Of a stretch of 64,000 nt of DNA, positions 10,129 to 20,000 are shown piece by piece. Position 1 is the stretch's first letter. Every line of letters starts with the position of its first letter. The notes beneath the pieces are model-generated. The model was not told the origin of the DNA. It ran no database searches and saw nothing but the letters and a program-made list of their open reading frames with translations. The stretch is taken from the sequence record NC_061443.1; one strand, given 5' to 3'. The position numbers were made by a program, and so were the translations under genes.

Positions 10129-10319
10129 GGGCGAACAAGCTCCGAAATTGGTTTAGCTACCAGTTCTGCAATGCGTGGAGGACACTGAGGGTTGCGCTTC
10201 AAGTTCTTGTGCAACCACTGCAAGTTGTTACCTGACGAAGATACCTCAGCACGGAAGCTGGGGAGTTTGAGTTCGTCGCGGTGTTTGTCCAGCAGCGCAT
10301 TCAGTTCGTTCAGTAACAT
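10125..10319 (-). CDS. Hypothetical protein
   Basis: 64 aa ORF, translationally coupled to the next gene; AAGGA upstream. Confidence 0.6.
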   Translation of the reverse strand: MLLNELNALLDKHRDELKLPSFRAEVSSSGNNLQWLHKNLKRNPQCPPRIAELVAKPISELVRP

Positions 10320-10328
10320 TGTTTTTCC

Positions 10329-10949
10329 TTAAAGAGATGAAGTCATTAGTTCAAGTAAGTTGGAAACAACATGCGCAGGGCCAATCGAAATGCCAGTGTG
10401 CGCCTGTAGATGAATACGTTTCGTGAATAGCTCCAACGGGTCAGGCCCGCCACCAGTCACTACGATGCGTGGTATCTTCGGGAACATCTCAAGGATATCA
10501 CGTAGTCGTTCAATCTTATAGCTGGTGCTGTCCAGTGTTACGTTGGTCAGCACTAACAACGATGGTCGCTTGCTTTTGAGTTGTTCATAGTCGAAGCGGT
10601 CACCGTACAACGTTACCCAGCGAGGCTTGAGAGCTGTTGTTTCTGAATCTTCAACGGCGGCATTGAAGATAGACAGCGCAGCCATCTTTGCTCGATAGTC
10701 ATTCGGGAAGCTACTGATTACCGTAATACGAGGGTCAGTCCCGAATGGATTCTGAATCATCTTAGCTAAGTGAGTAAGCTGTTTTGCTTTACCGATCACT
10801 TTGCCTTTGAAGTAAGGTGACATGGACTTGTAGTCCTGAGCGGCTTCTGCCACATCGAACTGTTCACGCTTACCGAATAATAGTTGTGGGTCAACGCCCA
10901 GCGTTTGCATCTGCTTTGCTACAGCAGGTTCAAAGTCAAATGTTAGCAC
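10329..10949 (-). CDS. DnaC/IstB-like AAA+ helicase-loader homologue, apparently catalytically degenerate (start corrected to GTG at 10949)
   Basis: LLVLTNV..ST.YK.E.LRDILE....PRIVVT...P.ELF..R follows the DnaC Walker B to sensor-1 layout, but there is no GxxxxGK(T/S). GGAGG RBS before the GTG and CTGTAAATA motif upstream. Confidence 0.45.
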   Translation of the reverse strand: MLTFDFEPAVAKQMQTLGVDPQLLFGKREQFDVAEAAQDYKSMSPYFKGKVIGKAKQLTHLAKMIQNPFGTDPRITVISSFPNDYRAKMAALSIFNAAVEDSETTALKPRWVTLYGDRFDYEQLKSKRPSLLVLTNVTLDSTSYKIERLRDILEMFPKIPRIVVTGGGPDPLELFTKRIHLQAHTGISIGPAHVVSNLLELMTSSL

Positions 10950-10969
10950 AATACCCTCCGTTGTTCGTG

Positions 10970-11326
10970 TTAGGTATTTACAGATTCTGTGGAGCGCTGC
11001 CACACGACGAACTTGACGTTCAACGAATGCTCGTCAGTTAGGGCTGCTGACCTAGGGTCATGTCTGTAAGGGTATCGTTGCTCCTGTTGCCAAAAATAAG
11101 CTGGTGGCACAATAGTTCGAACTGGGTTCGGCACCTGCATGTAACTGTGCGTTTCAATCAGTACCAGATTGTCAATGCGGAGAACACCAGGGACCTCGAA
11201 CACTGAAGGCAGATTAGGACCAGCACCGTCTGCCATGACGCCGTTCATATAGTCCACCAGCGCTTTAACAAGTAAGCGACCAGCAGATATACTCAGTGTA
11301 AGATTGTACTCTGTGCGGAATTCCAT
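10970..11326 (-). CDS. Hypothetical protein carrying the N-terminal LSISA tag
   Basis: 118 aa ORF with AGGAGA RBS; MEFRTEYNLTLSISAGR. Confidence 0.6.
   Translation of the reverse strand: MEFRTEYNLTLSISAGRLLVKALVDYMNGVMADGAGPNLPSVFEVPGVLRIDNLVLIETHSYMQVPNPVRTIVPPAYFWQQEQRYPYRHDPRSAALTDEHSLNVKFVVWQRSTESVNT
10975..10983 (-). promoter_or_regulatory. CTGTAAATA motif (class 1 phage promoter candidate)
   Basis: Exact copy 26 nt upstream of the DnaC-like gene; one of 10 exact copies found. Confidence 0.65.
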
Positions 11327-11342
11327 GGTGTTCTCCTGATTA

Positions 11343-11714
11343 TTACATCAGCGCCAGTTCAGGGTCGATATACGTGTACGTGAATACGACGTTCCAACCA
11401 GAAGCGGCATCTTTGTTTGGGTGGTAACGGAAGCCGTAGATCATCAGCTTGCCTTTAGTATCAGGCTCAAGCGTAGGCTCATAAACAAGCCATGCTTCTT
11501 CCAGCTTCATCTTCTCGGCAATGTCTTTAGACCATCCGTCGAAGTCATACGGACCTTCTGGAACTTCCCACGACAGTGAATGCTTCTGCCAATGTTCGGC
11601 CTGCATATCAGTGTCTTTGGAAATCCAGTCCAGATGGGTAACGCCCATGTGATAGGCAATGGCGTGTGCATAGCCTCGCTCTTTCATGTAGCGTTGCAGT
11701 TGATCAAGACGCAT
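11343..11714 (-). CDS. Hypothetical protein (start corrected to MRLDQLQ at 11714)
   Basis: AAGGAG RBS upstream of the ATG, which overlaps the end of the upstream gene. Confidence 0.6.
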   Translation of the reverse strand: MRLDQLQRYMKERGYAHAIAYHMGVTHLDWISKDTDMQAEHWQKHSLSWEVPEGPYDFDGWSKDIAEKMKLEEAWLVYEPTLEPDTKGKLMIYGFRYHPNKDAASGWNVVFTYTYIDPELALM

Positions 11715-12024
11715 TAGGTTGCTCCTTAAAGCGCGGGAATACAGTAACGCTAACACGCGTAGAATCCTTTTCGTACTCACGCTCATTGTGAGAAACAAGC
11801 AGGACGTCAGTGACCTCCAGAGTGTTTCGAATGAGGATAAGTAACTGCCCAACAACGGACAAAGGATGGATATAGTTGGAGACAATCATATTGATCTCTG
11901 TTACCTGATCAGGATTGCCTACACTAACATCTCCATCCCATTCTTCTACGCGCATACACGCACGAACTGCCTCACTCTTTAACAGGTCCATCTCAAGAGT
12001 GAAGGGTAAACGCTCTTTCATCAT
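11704..12024 (-). CDS. Hypothetical protein
   Basis: 106 aa ORF with AAGGAG RBS; CTAATTT motif at 12060-12066 upstream. Confidence 0.6.
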   Translation of the reverse strand: MMKERLPFTLEMDLLKSEAVRACMRVEEWDGDVSVGNPDQVTEINMIVSNYIHPLSVVGQLLILIRNTLEVTDVLLVSHNEREYEKDSTRVSVTVFPRFKEQPNAS

Positions 12025-12059
12025 AAACTCCTTATAGGCTGCTAAAAGAGACAGACTAT

Positions 12060-12066
12060 AAATTAG
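12060..12066 (-). promoter_or_regulatory. CTAATTT motif (class 2, putative late promoter)
   Basis: Upstream of 11704..12024; one of 10 exact copies found. Confidence 0.5.
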
Positions 12067-12527
12067 AGAGCGACACCCTTAAGGAACGTCCGTGCGAACT
12101 TAATAAAGATCTTCTGCTTTGCTTCAGGCAGCTTACGATAGCGTTGGATAATGTCTTCCAACGAATCGTCTTCGGTCAGGTCAACAGGTGAGATTACACC
12201 CACTTCACCTTTGTGCCAGTTAGCTTTTGTGGCAGTAAGCAGGAAGGTTCCACGAACTTCTTCCGCAACACGCTCCCCTGGGCCTCCGACAGGAACACGC
12301 ACTTTGGTGTGGTCGATATCAGCAATGCGCTGGATAGCAACACCTTCTGGGAACTGGGCGAACACCTCAGTCAGATCGATATCAGCCTCGTTATTCGGTG
12401 CTGGGTTTTTAGCAGTGAATGACACGCGGAACGTAAGACCCCCATCAACGTCGTACTGCCCATCGAAGATAATCTTTTTGTTTGCGCGTAGCGTGTTGCT
12501 GATTAGAGTATGCAATGGGTCAAACAT
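12063..12527 (-). CDS. Hypothetical protein
   Basis: 154 aa ORF in a tightly packed minus-strand operon; AAGGAAG RBS. Confidence 0.65.
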   Translation of the reverse strand: MFDPLHTLISNTLRANKKIIFDGQYDVDGGLTFRVSFTAKNPAPNNEADIDLTEVFAQFPEGVAIQRIADIDHTKVRVPVGGPGERVAEEVRGTFLLTATKANWHKGEVGVISPVDLTEDDSLEDIIQRYRKLPEAKQKIFIKFARTFLKGVAL

Positions 12528-12528
12528 G

Positions 12529-13065
12529 TTACTTCCTTAGATAGTCGGCCAGCATGTCGATGTGTGTACGAATCATCTTTCTCTGGTCGATGGTGAGTTG
12601 ACTGAACGGCGGAAGGTCTGGATAGATACCTTGCATCGCCAGATACGTTGTCTGGATGTTGCGCTTCGGCGCAGGCTCTTCCTTGAGGCACTTGAATCTT
12701 ACCTTAGTCAGAGTCCACGTATGCGTCTGACCATCTACAAGAATCGTTGAGTCTTCTGCGTTTGTGATCACAAGGTCTGTAGAATCAAGTGCGGCTACTA
12801 CCTCGTGCAGGCCATAAACTACAACATCGAAATCGTCATAGACGCAAGTACGTCCAGCACATGCACCAGTTCTCTGCCAAACGATTTTGATATCCGCTTG
12901 ATAGATGCCACGCAGTTCACCAAGGTCCTTCTCACGCACGGAGTGTACCTTGATGCTGCTGCCTGTCTTCTTCAACAGACCATTCATCTGTCGGACTGCT
13001 TCCAGCATTTGTTGTTGCAGCACATCCCCTGTGCGTACCACTTCGTTCAATGAAGTTTGAGTCAT
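12529..13065 (-). CDS. Hypothetical protein
   Basis: 178 aa ORF coupled to the helicase stop codon. Confidence 0.65.
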   Translation of the reverse strand: MTQTSLNEVVRTGDVLQQQMLEAVRQMNGLLKKTGSSIKVHSVREKDLGELRGIYQADIKIVWQRTGACAGRTCVYDDFDVVVYGLHEVVAALDSTDLVITNAEDSTILVDGQTHTWTLTKVRFKCLKEEPAPKRNIQTTYLAMQGIYPDLPPFSQLTIDQRKMIRTHIDMLADYLRK

Positions 13066-14666
13066 CAGAATCGCCTCATGCCTAAGTTAGACGGCTGGCC
13101 TTTCACACGCGCTTCCGGTTCAAAGAAGTCTGGCAGTTCTCCATCAAGCGCTTCTTCTCTCGATACGACGCCCATCCAGTCACGCAGTTTCTTCGGTGTA
13201 CGCTTCGCTTTCGCGTAACCAAACTTCCAGCACATCTTCAACACAGAACGAGCACACTGCATCGAACGGTCCATCTTAGGATCAATGAACATACGAATTA
13301 CAGGTGTGCGTTTGTTTTCCATCGGCGTCAGAATACGACACGATTCCTGTTTCCAGTTCGGCTCGTTATTCATCGGCATGATATAGTACAGCGTATCCCA
13401 CTTCGGAACGTTCAGGCCGCGCTGCATCAACTTACGCATACCCACAACGCAACGAATCTTACCTTCACGCGCCGCATCTATGATAGGCTTACGACGCTTC
13501 GCCTCTTTCGCACCGCCAAGGAACACTGCCGCAACTTCTTCCATGTAATGCTCATTGATACGCTGCACCAATCGCCGCGCTTGATCAGTGAACATAATTG
13601 GAATCGCAATGCTTCGTCCTGCATCGAGGTCTTTGATAACCCACTCAAAGATTTTATCGTTACGATCAGGATGATTCGCGAGGAACTTACAGAAGCGTAC
13701 CCACCCCGCTTTACCATTATACTGCGCACGGGTCTGAACTTTCTGACTGGTCTTGTGCAACGTTACTTTAGGCACAAGCTCTTCCACGAACGCTTCCGCA
13801 ATCACAGGCCCGAAGATTGATTCAATCAGGTAGTGACGACCGTCTTTACGTTTAGGCGTTGCAGTCAGACCGAAACGATACTTCATCTTGAGACTCGCCA
13901 GTGTGCGACTGTAGCAGCTCGCGTTTCCAGCATGACATTCATCGACGAACAATGTACCGTAGTTTTCATTCAGAAGTTTCAGGCGCTTCTTCGAGTTCTT
14001 ACTGTCCGAGATAAGCGACTGGTAAGTAACGAGAATGATCTGGAAGTTCTTGTAGTCGTCGAGAGTCTTCGGGAAGCCGTACAACTTCTTTCCATGCTTC
14101 TCTTCCAACTCAGGCAGGTTCGTCATCTGCTCGATAGTCTCAAGGAAACCATCGAGGAAGTCTTTCTGATCAGCCATGATGATCGTACGGAATCCAGAGT
14201 GACACGCACCAGCAGTACCGATAACTGTCTTACCAGAACGAGGAGGTGCTTTGAATACACCACACAGTTCGCCAAACATCTTAGCGAAAGGCTCTTCCTG
14301 ATAATCACGCAGCTTACCTGTGAACTTCACTTTATAGTCGAACGGCACACGGCTTGTACCATTGACGAACTTCACTTCTTTCAGGCTTAACCCTGCTGTA
14401 CGTTCGAAGCGGTGCATCTCTCCGTAAGGAATCGACACATAACGCTTACCCTTAATGTCAGAGTATTTGGCCAGCACGGTTATATCAACCAGTCCGCCCT
14501 TAGAACATTGACGACATTCTTCGGACGGACGTATAGAACGAAACTCACAGTTCTTACAAGCGGCGTTGTCGAACTCGTAGTGAGTCATCTTCTTGATGAT
14601 GTTGTCAGCGTCTACATGTTTAACAGGAATATGCAGACGGCTATCGACCAATACTTTGGCTGTCAC
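13065..14666 (-). CDS. uvsW: UvsW-like superfamily 2 DNA helicase with N-terminal Cys4 zinc finger
   Basis: LRDYQ Q-motif, Walker A APPRSGKT, DECH, motif III GLTATP, motif V RGLNVP, QESCRILTP; CKNC..CRQC near the N-terminus. Confidence 0.85.
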   Translation of the reverse strand: MTAKVLVDSRLHIPVKHVDADNIIKKMTHYEFDNAACKNCEFRSIRPSEECRQCSKGGLVDITVLAKYSDIKGKRYVSIPYGEMHRFERTAGLSLKEVKFVNGTSRVPFDYKVKFTGKLRDYQEEPFAKMFGELCGVFKAPPRSGKTVIGTAGACHSGFRTIIMADQKDFLDGFLETIEQMTNLPELEEKHGKKLYGFPKTLDDYKNFQIILVTYQSLISDSKNSKKRLKLLNENYGTLFVDECHAGNASCYSRTLASLKMKYRFGLTATPKRKDGRHYLIESIFGPVIAEAFVEELVPKVTLHKTSQKVQTRAQYNGKAGWVRFCKFLANHPDRNDKIFEWVIKDLDAGRSIAIPIMFTDQARRLVQRINEHYMEEVAAVFLGGAKEAKRRKPIIDAAREGKIRCVVGMRKLMQRGLNVPKWDTLYYIMPMNNEPNWKQESCRILTPMENKRTPVIRMFIDPKMDRSMQCARSVLKMCWKFGYAKAKRTPKKLRDWMGVVSREEALDGELPDFFEPEARVKGQPSNLGMRRF

Positions 14667-14668
14667 AT

Positions 14669-15220
14669 CTATTTCCTTGAGTTCGGCAGTCCGTACTCAC
14701 GCTGATTAATCAAGTTCATCACATCGACCAGCGCACGGTATGCAAACCCACACTTGTCGATATCCTTGATGTAGAGATCTAACTCATCCTTGAGCTGGTC
14801 AAGACTATCAGCGTAACGGTAATACTCCGCCATAATGTTTCTGACACAACGCTCACGCTCTTTGGCGGCGCCGACGGCTTTCAGATCTTTCGAGTACGTT
14901 ACCGAGGCATAATCCTGAAAACGCTCTAACATATCATTTAACAGCTTTGAGGCTGCGTGGACATGCGTCATGATTTCAGTCATGCGGCTTCGATAAGACT
15001 GATCTTGAATTATCGACTCTGCCACCTTGTTGAGTGCGTTAGGGTCACCAGTCACATTCAGCGTTCTGACCTTACGCATCTTAAACAGCTTACGCGCTTC
15101 GTCCTGATACTCTGCGAGGGGCATCTGGAACAGGTCATTGGTCTTGTAGATATCGCGCAACTTCTTATAGCGCTTATCCTCTTTGACCTTGAGTCGAATA
15201 CGCTTTAGGTCATCCATCAA
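14669..15220 (-). CDS. Possible UvsY-like recombination mediator
   Basis: Helical 183 aa protein next to uvsW; K...A.KER.......Y....D.L......I..IDKCGFA.R..VD resembles the UvsY C-terminus. Confidence 0.4.
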   Translation of the reverse strand: MMDDLKRIRLKVKEDKRYKKLRDIYKTNDLFQMPLAEYQDEARKLFKMRKVRTLNVTGDPNALNKVAESIIQDQSYRSRMTEIMTHVHAASKLLNDMLERFQDYASVTYSKDLKAVGAAKERERCVRNIMAEYYRYADSLDQLKDELDLYIKDIDKCGFAYRALVDVMNLINQREYGLPNSRK

Positions 15221-15651
15221 TCGCCTCTATCGGTTACAAGCAGTGGGCTGTCAGGAGTCTTATGCGGCATAGCAAAGAAACGGCCATGCTCGTCACGATA
15301 AATCAACAGACCACCAGACGGCCCTTCTATTGGGCAGGTGAAGTTAAAGAGTTTTTCGAGTGGCGGCATATAGCCGACAGACACATCGTTAAACGTACAC
15401 CACTTAGCAGATATCTCCAGCATCGAACCAACAACAGTGTCTGCCAAACGCAGATAAGATTGCTTGAAGTGGTAGCTGTGTTCGATAGGAGCAACGCTAT
15501 CAATCGTTAACTCTTCTCCGTACACCGCTTTATAAATTAGGCAGAAACGTCTGCGGCCCCGTGGGGCATTCGGTATTTCATACAGCACATCATGTATGAG
15601 AGATGAAACGTCCCCAATGAGGACGTTTTTCTTGACAGCCAGTGGCGTCAT
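15217..15651 (-). CDS. Hypothetical protein
   Basis: 144 aa ORF with overlapping start/stop coupling on both sides. Confidence 0.6.
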   Translation of the reverse strand: MTPLAVKKNVLIGDVSSLIHDVLYEIPNAPRGRRRFCLIYKAVYGEELTIDSVAPIEHSYHFKQSYLRLADTVVGSMLEISAKWCTFNDVSVGYMPPLEKLFNFTCPIEGPSGGLLIYRDEHGRFFAMPHKTPDSPLLVTDRGD

Positions 15652-16826
15652 GCAGGCAGATACCCGAAGTACAACAGCGTGTGCGTATCGAACTTGTAGT
15701 TCAGGCTGAACGCATTCAACGAATTGATGCTGCTACCGTGGAAACCCATGTTGTGCCGTTCTTCACGGCCAATGTTACGCAGCAACTCACGGATGATACG
15801 CATATCGAGAGAGGTAGTGAACTCTTTCTCGATTGGTTTAGCCAGCTTCAGGCTGTCCTGTACGCTACCGCTATCGTTACCAAACTTGAGTCGGAACTCT
15901 TGTTTCTTAACGTGGAGCTTCGCGTTAGTGTTACCCTTCTTCTCGATCAACGTCGAGATGTTAGCGAACGGTGCAGACAGGTCACCCTTAATCACACAAC
16001 CCAGAATAGGTTTACCAAGCTGTGCAATCATGTTGTCCATATAGCGATAGTCTTCATCGCTTGCCTGAATCGGAGGCAGAGTCAGAACGAACGATTCGGC
16101 TTCGGCAGCAAACGATGTGCTGTCAACGTGGAACGTAACCTTTTCTTCTCCGCAGAAGCGATAGACGAGATCAAACATCTCACCTGTCATGCTGAAACGG
16201 AACGCAGGTACTTTCTTCTTCAACTCAAAACGATAACGAGATGAAGTCCAGTGGCCAGGACTGACAAGGCTCAGGCTCTTACCGTCGCAGATAACACGAC
16301 ACATAACGGTCTGGCCTGTGATGGTATCTTTCAGACGGGTCAACTTAACGCCCTGAGTCATCGCGTCAATTACTTCGCGCGTCATCTCATGACCACCTTC
16401 GATATGGTGATGCAGACCTTGTTCAACCATCGGGATTTGTTCGGCAGATACTGGACGCAGTTTCACTTCTGCTTTGTATTTGCCTTTCTGTTCGCTGATG
16501 TTCAACACTTTTCCGTCGAACTCAACGTTCAGTTCCTTACGCTTGTTGATCAAGCCGGTCAACTGAATTGGGTCGATGTTCATGATCGTGTCTGCATCGG
16601 CAGTAGCGCCAGGAACGAGATACGCAACGAAGGTGTCAGGCGTACGGCCCAGCACGAATACGTCAGACTTGTACGTTACCAACAAATGAATGTGGGTCAG
16701 CTTATCGTCCGACTCAGAGAAGCGCGTCACAAGGTCAACACGTTTCAGAATGTCTGACAGGAACGTACCGTTCAATGTCAGGTTACACTTCTTAGCGGGA
16801 TTCTTCGGCAGTCGGCAAGTCTTCAT
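15648..16826 (-). CDS. dnaN: DNA sliding clamp, bacterial beta-clamp (DnaN)-like
   Basis: 392 aa with a three-domain helix/strand repeat: L.DIL.RV..V......L.HI.L......V.....D, L..LI......V.FDG..L.I......V.L......IP, as in the beta clamp. Confidence 0.65.
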   Translation of the reverse strand: MKTCRLPKNPAKKCNLTLNGTFLSDILKRVDLVTRFSESDDKLTHIHLLVTYKSDVFVLGRTPDTFVAYLVPGATADADTIMNIDPIQLTGLINKRKELNVEFDGKVLNISEQKGKYKAEVKLRPVSAEQIPMVEQGLHHHIEGGHEMTREVIDAMTQGVKLTRLKDTITGQTVMCRVICDGKSLSLVSPGHWTSSRYRFELKKKVPAFRFSMTGEMFDLVYRFCGEEKVTFHVDSTSFAAEAESFVLTLPPIQASDEDYRYMDNMIAQLGKPILGCVIKGDLSAPFANISTLIEKKGNTNAKLHVKKQEFRLKFGNDSGSVQDSLKLAKPIEKEFTTSLDMRIIRELLRNIGREERHNMGFHGSSINSLNAFSLNYKFDTHTLLYFGYLPA

Positions 16827-17088
16827 CTCTATCCTCTAAAACAAATTGTAGTGTGCCCTGTATATTTACAGCTTCAAGGCGCTTGCCTGTAGGCATCAAC
16901 AGACCGTTCAACAAGCCAACGAAGTCAGCACTGTGACAGTCTGGAGCGATCTGGTGGACGTAGATATCGTCAGGAATGTCCTGAGGGTTAAGCTGCCAAG
17001 ATGTTCTCAAGGCAGCACCCATAAACGCAGGACGTTCGACCAGATGCTTGTTCAAGAACGAACAAATATCTTCGGCGCTTAACGTCAT
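16792..17088 (-). CDS. Hypothetical protein
   Basis: 98 aa ORF coupled to the polymerase stop; contains the CTGTAAATA motif serving the clamp gene. Confidence 0.55.
   Translation of the reverse strand: MTLSAEDICSFLNKHLVERPAFMGAALRTSWQLNPQDIPDDIYVHQIAPDCHSADFVGLLNGLLMPTGKRLEAVNIQGTLQFVLEDRDEDLPTAEESR
16863..16871 (-). promoter_or_regulatory. CTGTAAATA motif upstream of the sliding clamp gene
   Basis: Exact copy. Confidence 0.65.
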
Positions 17089-20000
17089 TTCTTAGCAATC
17101 CCCTTAAGTGCATTCTTGAGCATTGACTTACTGATTTTGATTTTCTTCGGAGCACCATCAGCAGAAGCAGCGGCTTTCTTAGCGGCCTCTTCTGCTTTAT
17201 ACTTCTCAAAGGTCTTGGTGTTCTTAGGAAGCTCTGCAAGCCATTCTTCGACGTTCTTCTTATCCTTGTTGGTGAGAGGATTGACTTTGTCCATCGAACG
17301 AATCTTAATGTTGTTGGCCCAAAGTTGTTTCTTCATCCAATCGGACATAAGGTGATACTGGTCCTGCATGATGCTGTCAGTAGTCTTGTCAACATCAAGG
17401 TTCTTCTCACCCAGCTCGTCGCGTTTAATGATCAAGCCGTCTTTGATAAGTTTGTGAAGCTGAACATAAGAGAAGTTCCAGCCCTGCACATCTTTCTCCG
17501 ACGCACCAATTTCAAAGTCAATCTCAGGAACAGATGTGAACTCGAATCCGGCATGACGCTTCTGCACAACTTCGACCACTGCGCTGGTCATCGCACGTTC
17601 GATCATATCGAGCGCAAGGAAGATCCATTTGTAATCGCAGTCAACGGTCAAGGAGTCGTGTACCGATACGTTCATGTCGAAGTCAGGGTATTCGCCGTTC
17701 GCTTTCCAGTATTCGAACTTCATGCGATCCAGAATACGAATCGCGGACATCATCAAGTCAGAACCGAAGCCCTGTACTGGACTGTTTACCGCACGACGGT
17801 CACAAGCGGCATGAACCATGTTCGCTTCTTTATGTGACTCAGGCAGCATCAGGCCCCAGAGGTGACGACGACGACCAACAGGAGATTCAACAAAGAAGTT
17901 CTCGTGTGCAAACTTTTTGATCTTGTCGAACCATTTTAAGCCAACAGGGAAACGTGTTAAGAACTTGCCTTTGATTTCTGCAATCTCTTTCACGTCACGG
18001 CCTGTAGACTTCGCAAGACCTTTATCACCCTGCTGGTAAATCAAGCCGAAGATAACTGTCTTAACCGCGTTACGTACGGACTTGGTTACGTCCATTACGT
18101 TTGGAATACCGAAGAAGTATGCGGCGTTGATTTTATGAACGTCACCCTCTGCTTCGACGCGGTGTTCAATCCACGGGTCAGGTACTGTACGGAAACGATG
18201 ACGTAACTTACGGCCTTGCTCGAATACGTCTGCAACGCCTTGGTCACCTGAGATAATCGACCAGCCCCTTACTTCGTGGGCTGAGTAGTCGACCTTGATT
18301 AGTAAACGATTCTTACGTGCAATCAAGATACGCTTGATCAGTTTACCCATCTCACTACGGGACGGTACCTGTTGCAAGTTCGGGTCAGACGCTGATGTAC
18401 GACCCGTTACAACTCCGAGATAACCATACGTCGGTCGGATTGATCTGTCGTGTTTGAAGTCTTCCGATTCGCCCCAGAGTTTAAGCAGGCTGTTAACGTA
18501 AGCGTTCTTGAGCTTGTATGCTTTTCCGAGTTTCGAGTAGAGAGCAACAAGCGGTATATCTGCATACGCCGCCTGGAAGTCCTTGTCCAGCTTGCCTGTC
18601 TTCTTACCGTTCTCACGTAGCTGTTCCCCTTCTTTCAGAGGCTTGAGTTTCATCACATCGAAGAACAGGATTTGCTTATGCTCTGACTTCGACATATCAA
18701 ACTTCGTCACCTCAACACGCCCCATAAGACCCATCTTAGGAACGTTGTCGTCTTGGCAAATCAGTTTGTTCGCAGCCTTGACCTCGGGGCTGTTCATGAA
18801 CTCACGCTCTACGTTTCGAATCTCCTCGTTGATAGGGCTATTCGGCAGGTTGAGCTTAAACAGGTAGTCGATATCGGCACCAGCGCCTGTCGTCTCCAGA
18901 ATCGAGAACGCATGAATCTGGTCGGAGATTTGCTCACTAACCATCGACTCATACTTGGCGTACTTGATATCGTTCGCACGAAGCATCTGCTTCTCTGCGA
19001 TACGGAACGGCACGATAACGTCGAGGCCTGCGTATTCCTGAACGCTTTCGTCCAAGTCAACGTCGGCAATCGTCGCTCGCATTTCTTTACCGAACGATAC
19101 TTCATGGTACACCTGACAGCCATACTGCATTGTCAGGTTCGCTAAGTTGTAGTAACCAGCGCCAGTAACGTTAAGCAATGACTTCGCGTTTTCATCGTTC
19201 GCAAACTCACCCGCCTGAATATCCCAGACGTTCGCTGCGTAACTACGAATGCCAAAGTTAGAACGCATTACGTTCAGGTCGAACTTCGCGTTGGTGTAGA
19301 TTTGATACTTGTTGGAGTTATCCTCGAAGTAGTCTTTCAGCATCTCACTTACGCGGCGCAGTTCCTTCGGCGTGAACGGACTGTCACGGTGATAGATTGG
19401 AATGACATACGCTTTCTGGCCGTCACAGGAAAGCTGTACCGTCAAGATTTTATTCTTGATACGATTCAGGTTCTCTGTTTCGGTATCGACTGCAACCTTC
19501 TTGGCGCGCTTCATACGCTTCAAGATTTTCTCAAGTTGCTTGACCTTCGTTACATACACGAGGTCCCAGTTACGCTTCTTACCGCACGTAACTTCATCGA
19601 TCTTGTAGCGCATCCCTTTGTTAAGCCACGGCAACATCCAACGCGCCATGTAACCTAACGTGTACGACGAACCACTGATGTGCATTGGGTTCAGCACGGT
19701 GTGATAGCTCACGTTCGGCAGATGGATGAAGCTATGCTTCTTACCATCGCTCTTAACTTTCGTGGGAATCTCTACGCCGTACCAATGCTCATAGTGATCT
19801 TTCGAGAATTGGATCTTCTCGTTGTTCAATGCCTTGAACGGCGCTTTGCCGAATGTCAGAACATAGTCAGGCTTGTAACTAACGATGATCTCACGAATAC
19901 GTTCGGCGAATGCTGCGTCGGCATCTTCCTTAAACTGCTCACCCTTGTCATACGTCTTGAACATATTGTACGAGACAACAAGGAAGCTCCAATCGTCAAG

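Noticed and set aside
18640-18680. QILFF in the main polymerase as a clamp-binding motif
   Set aside because: It is the normal PolA thumb motif (FN..S..Q...LF), not a distinct clamp-binding peptide.
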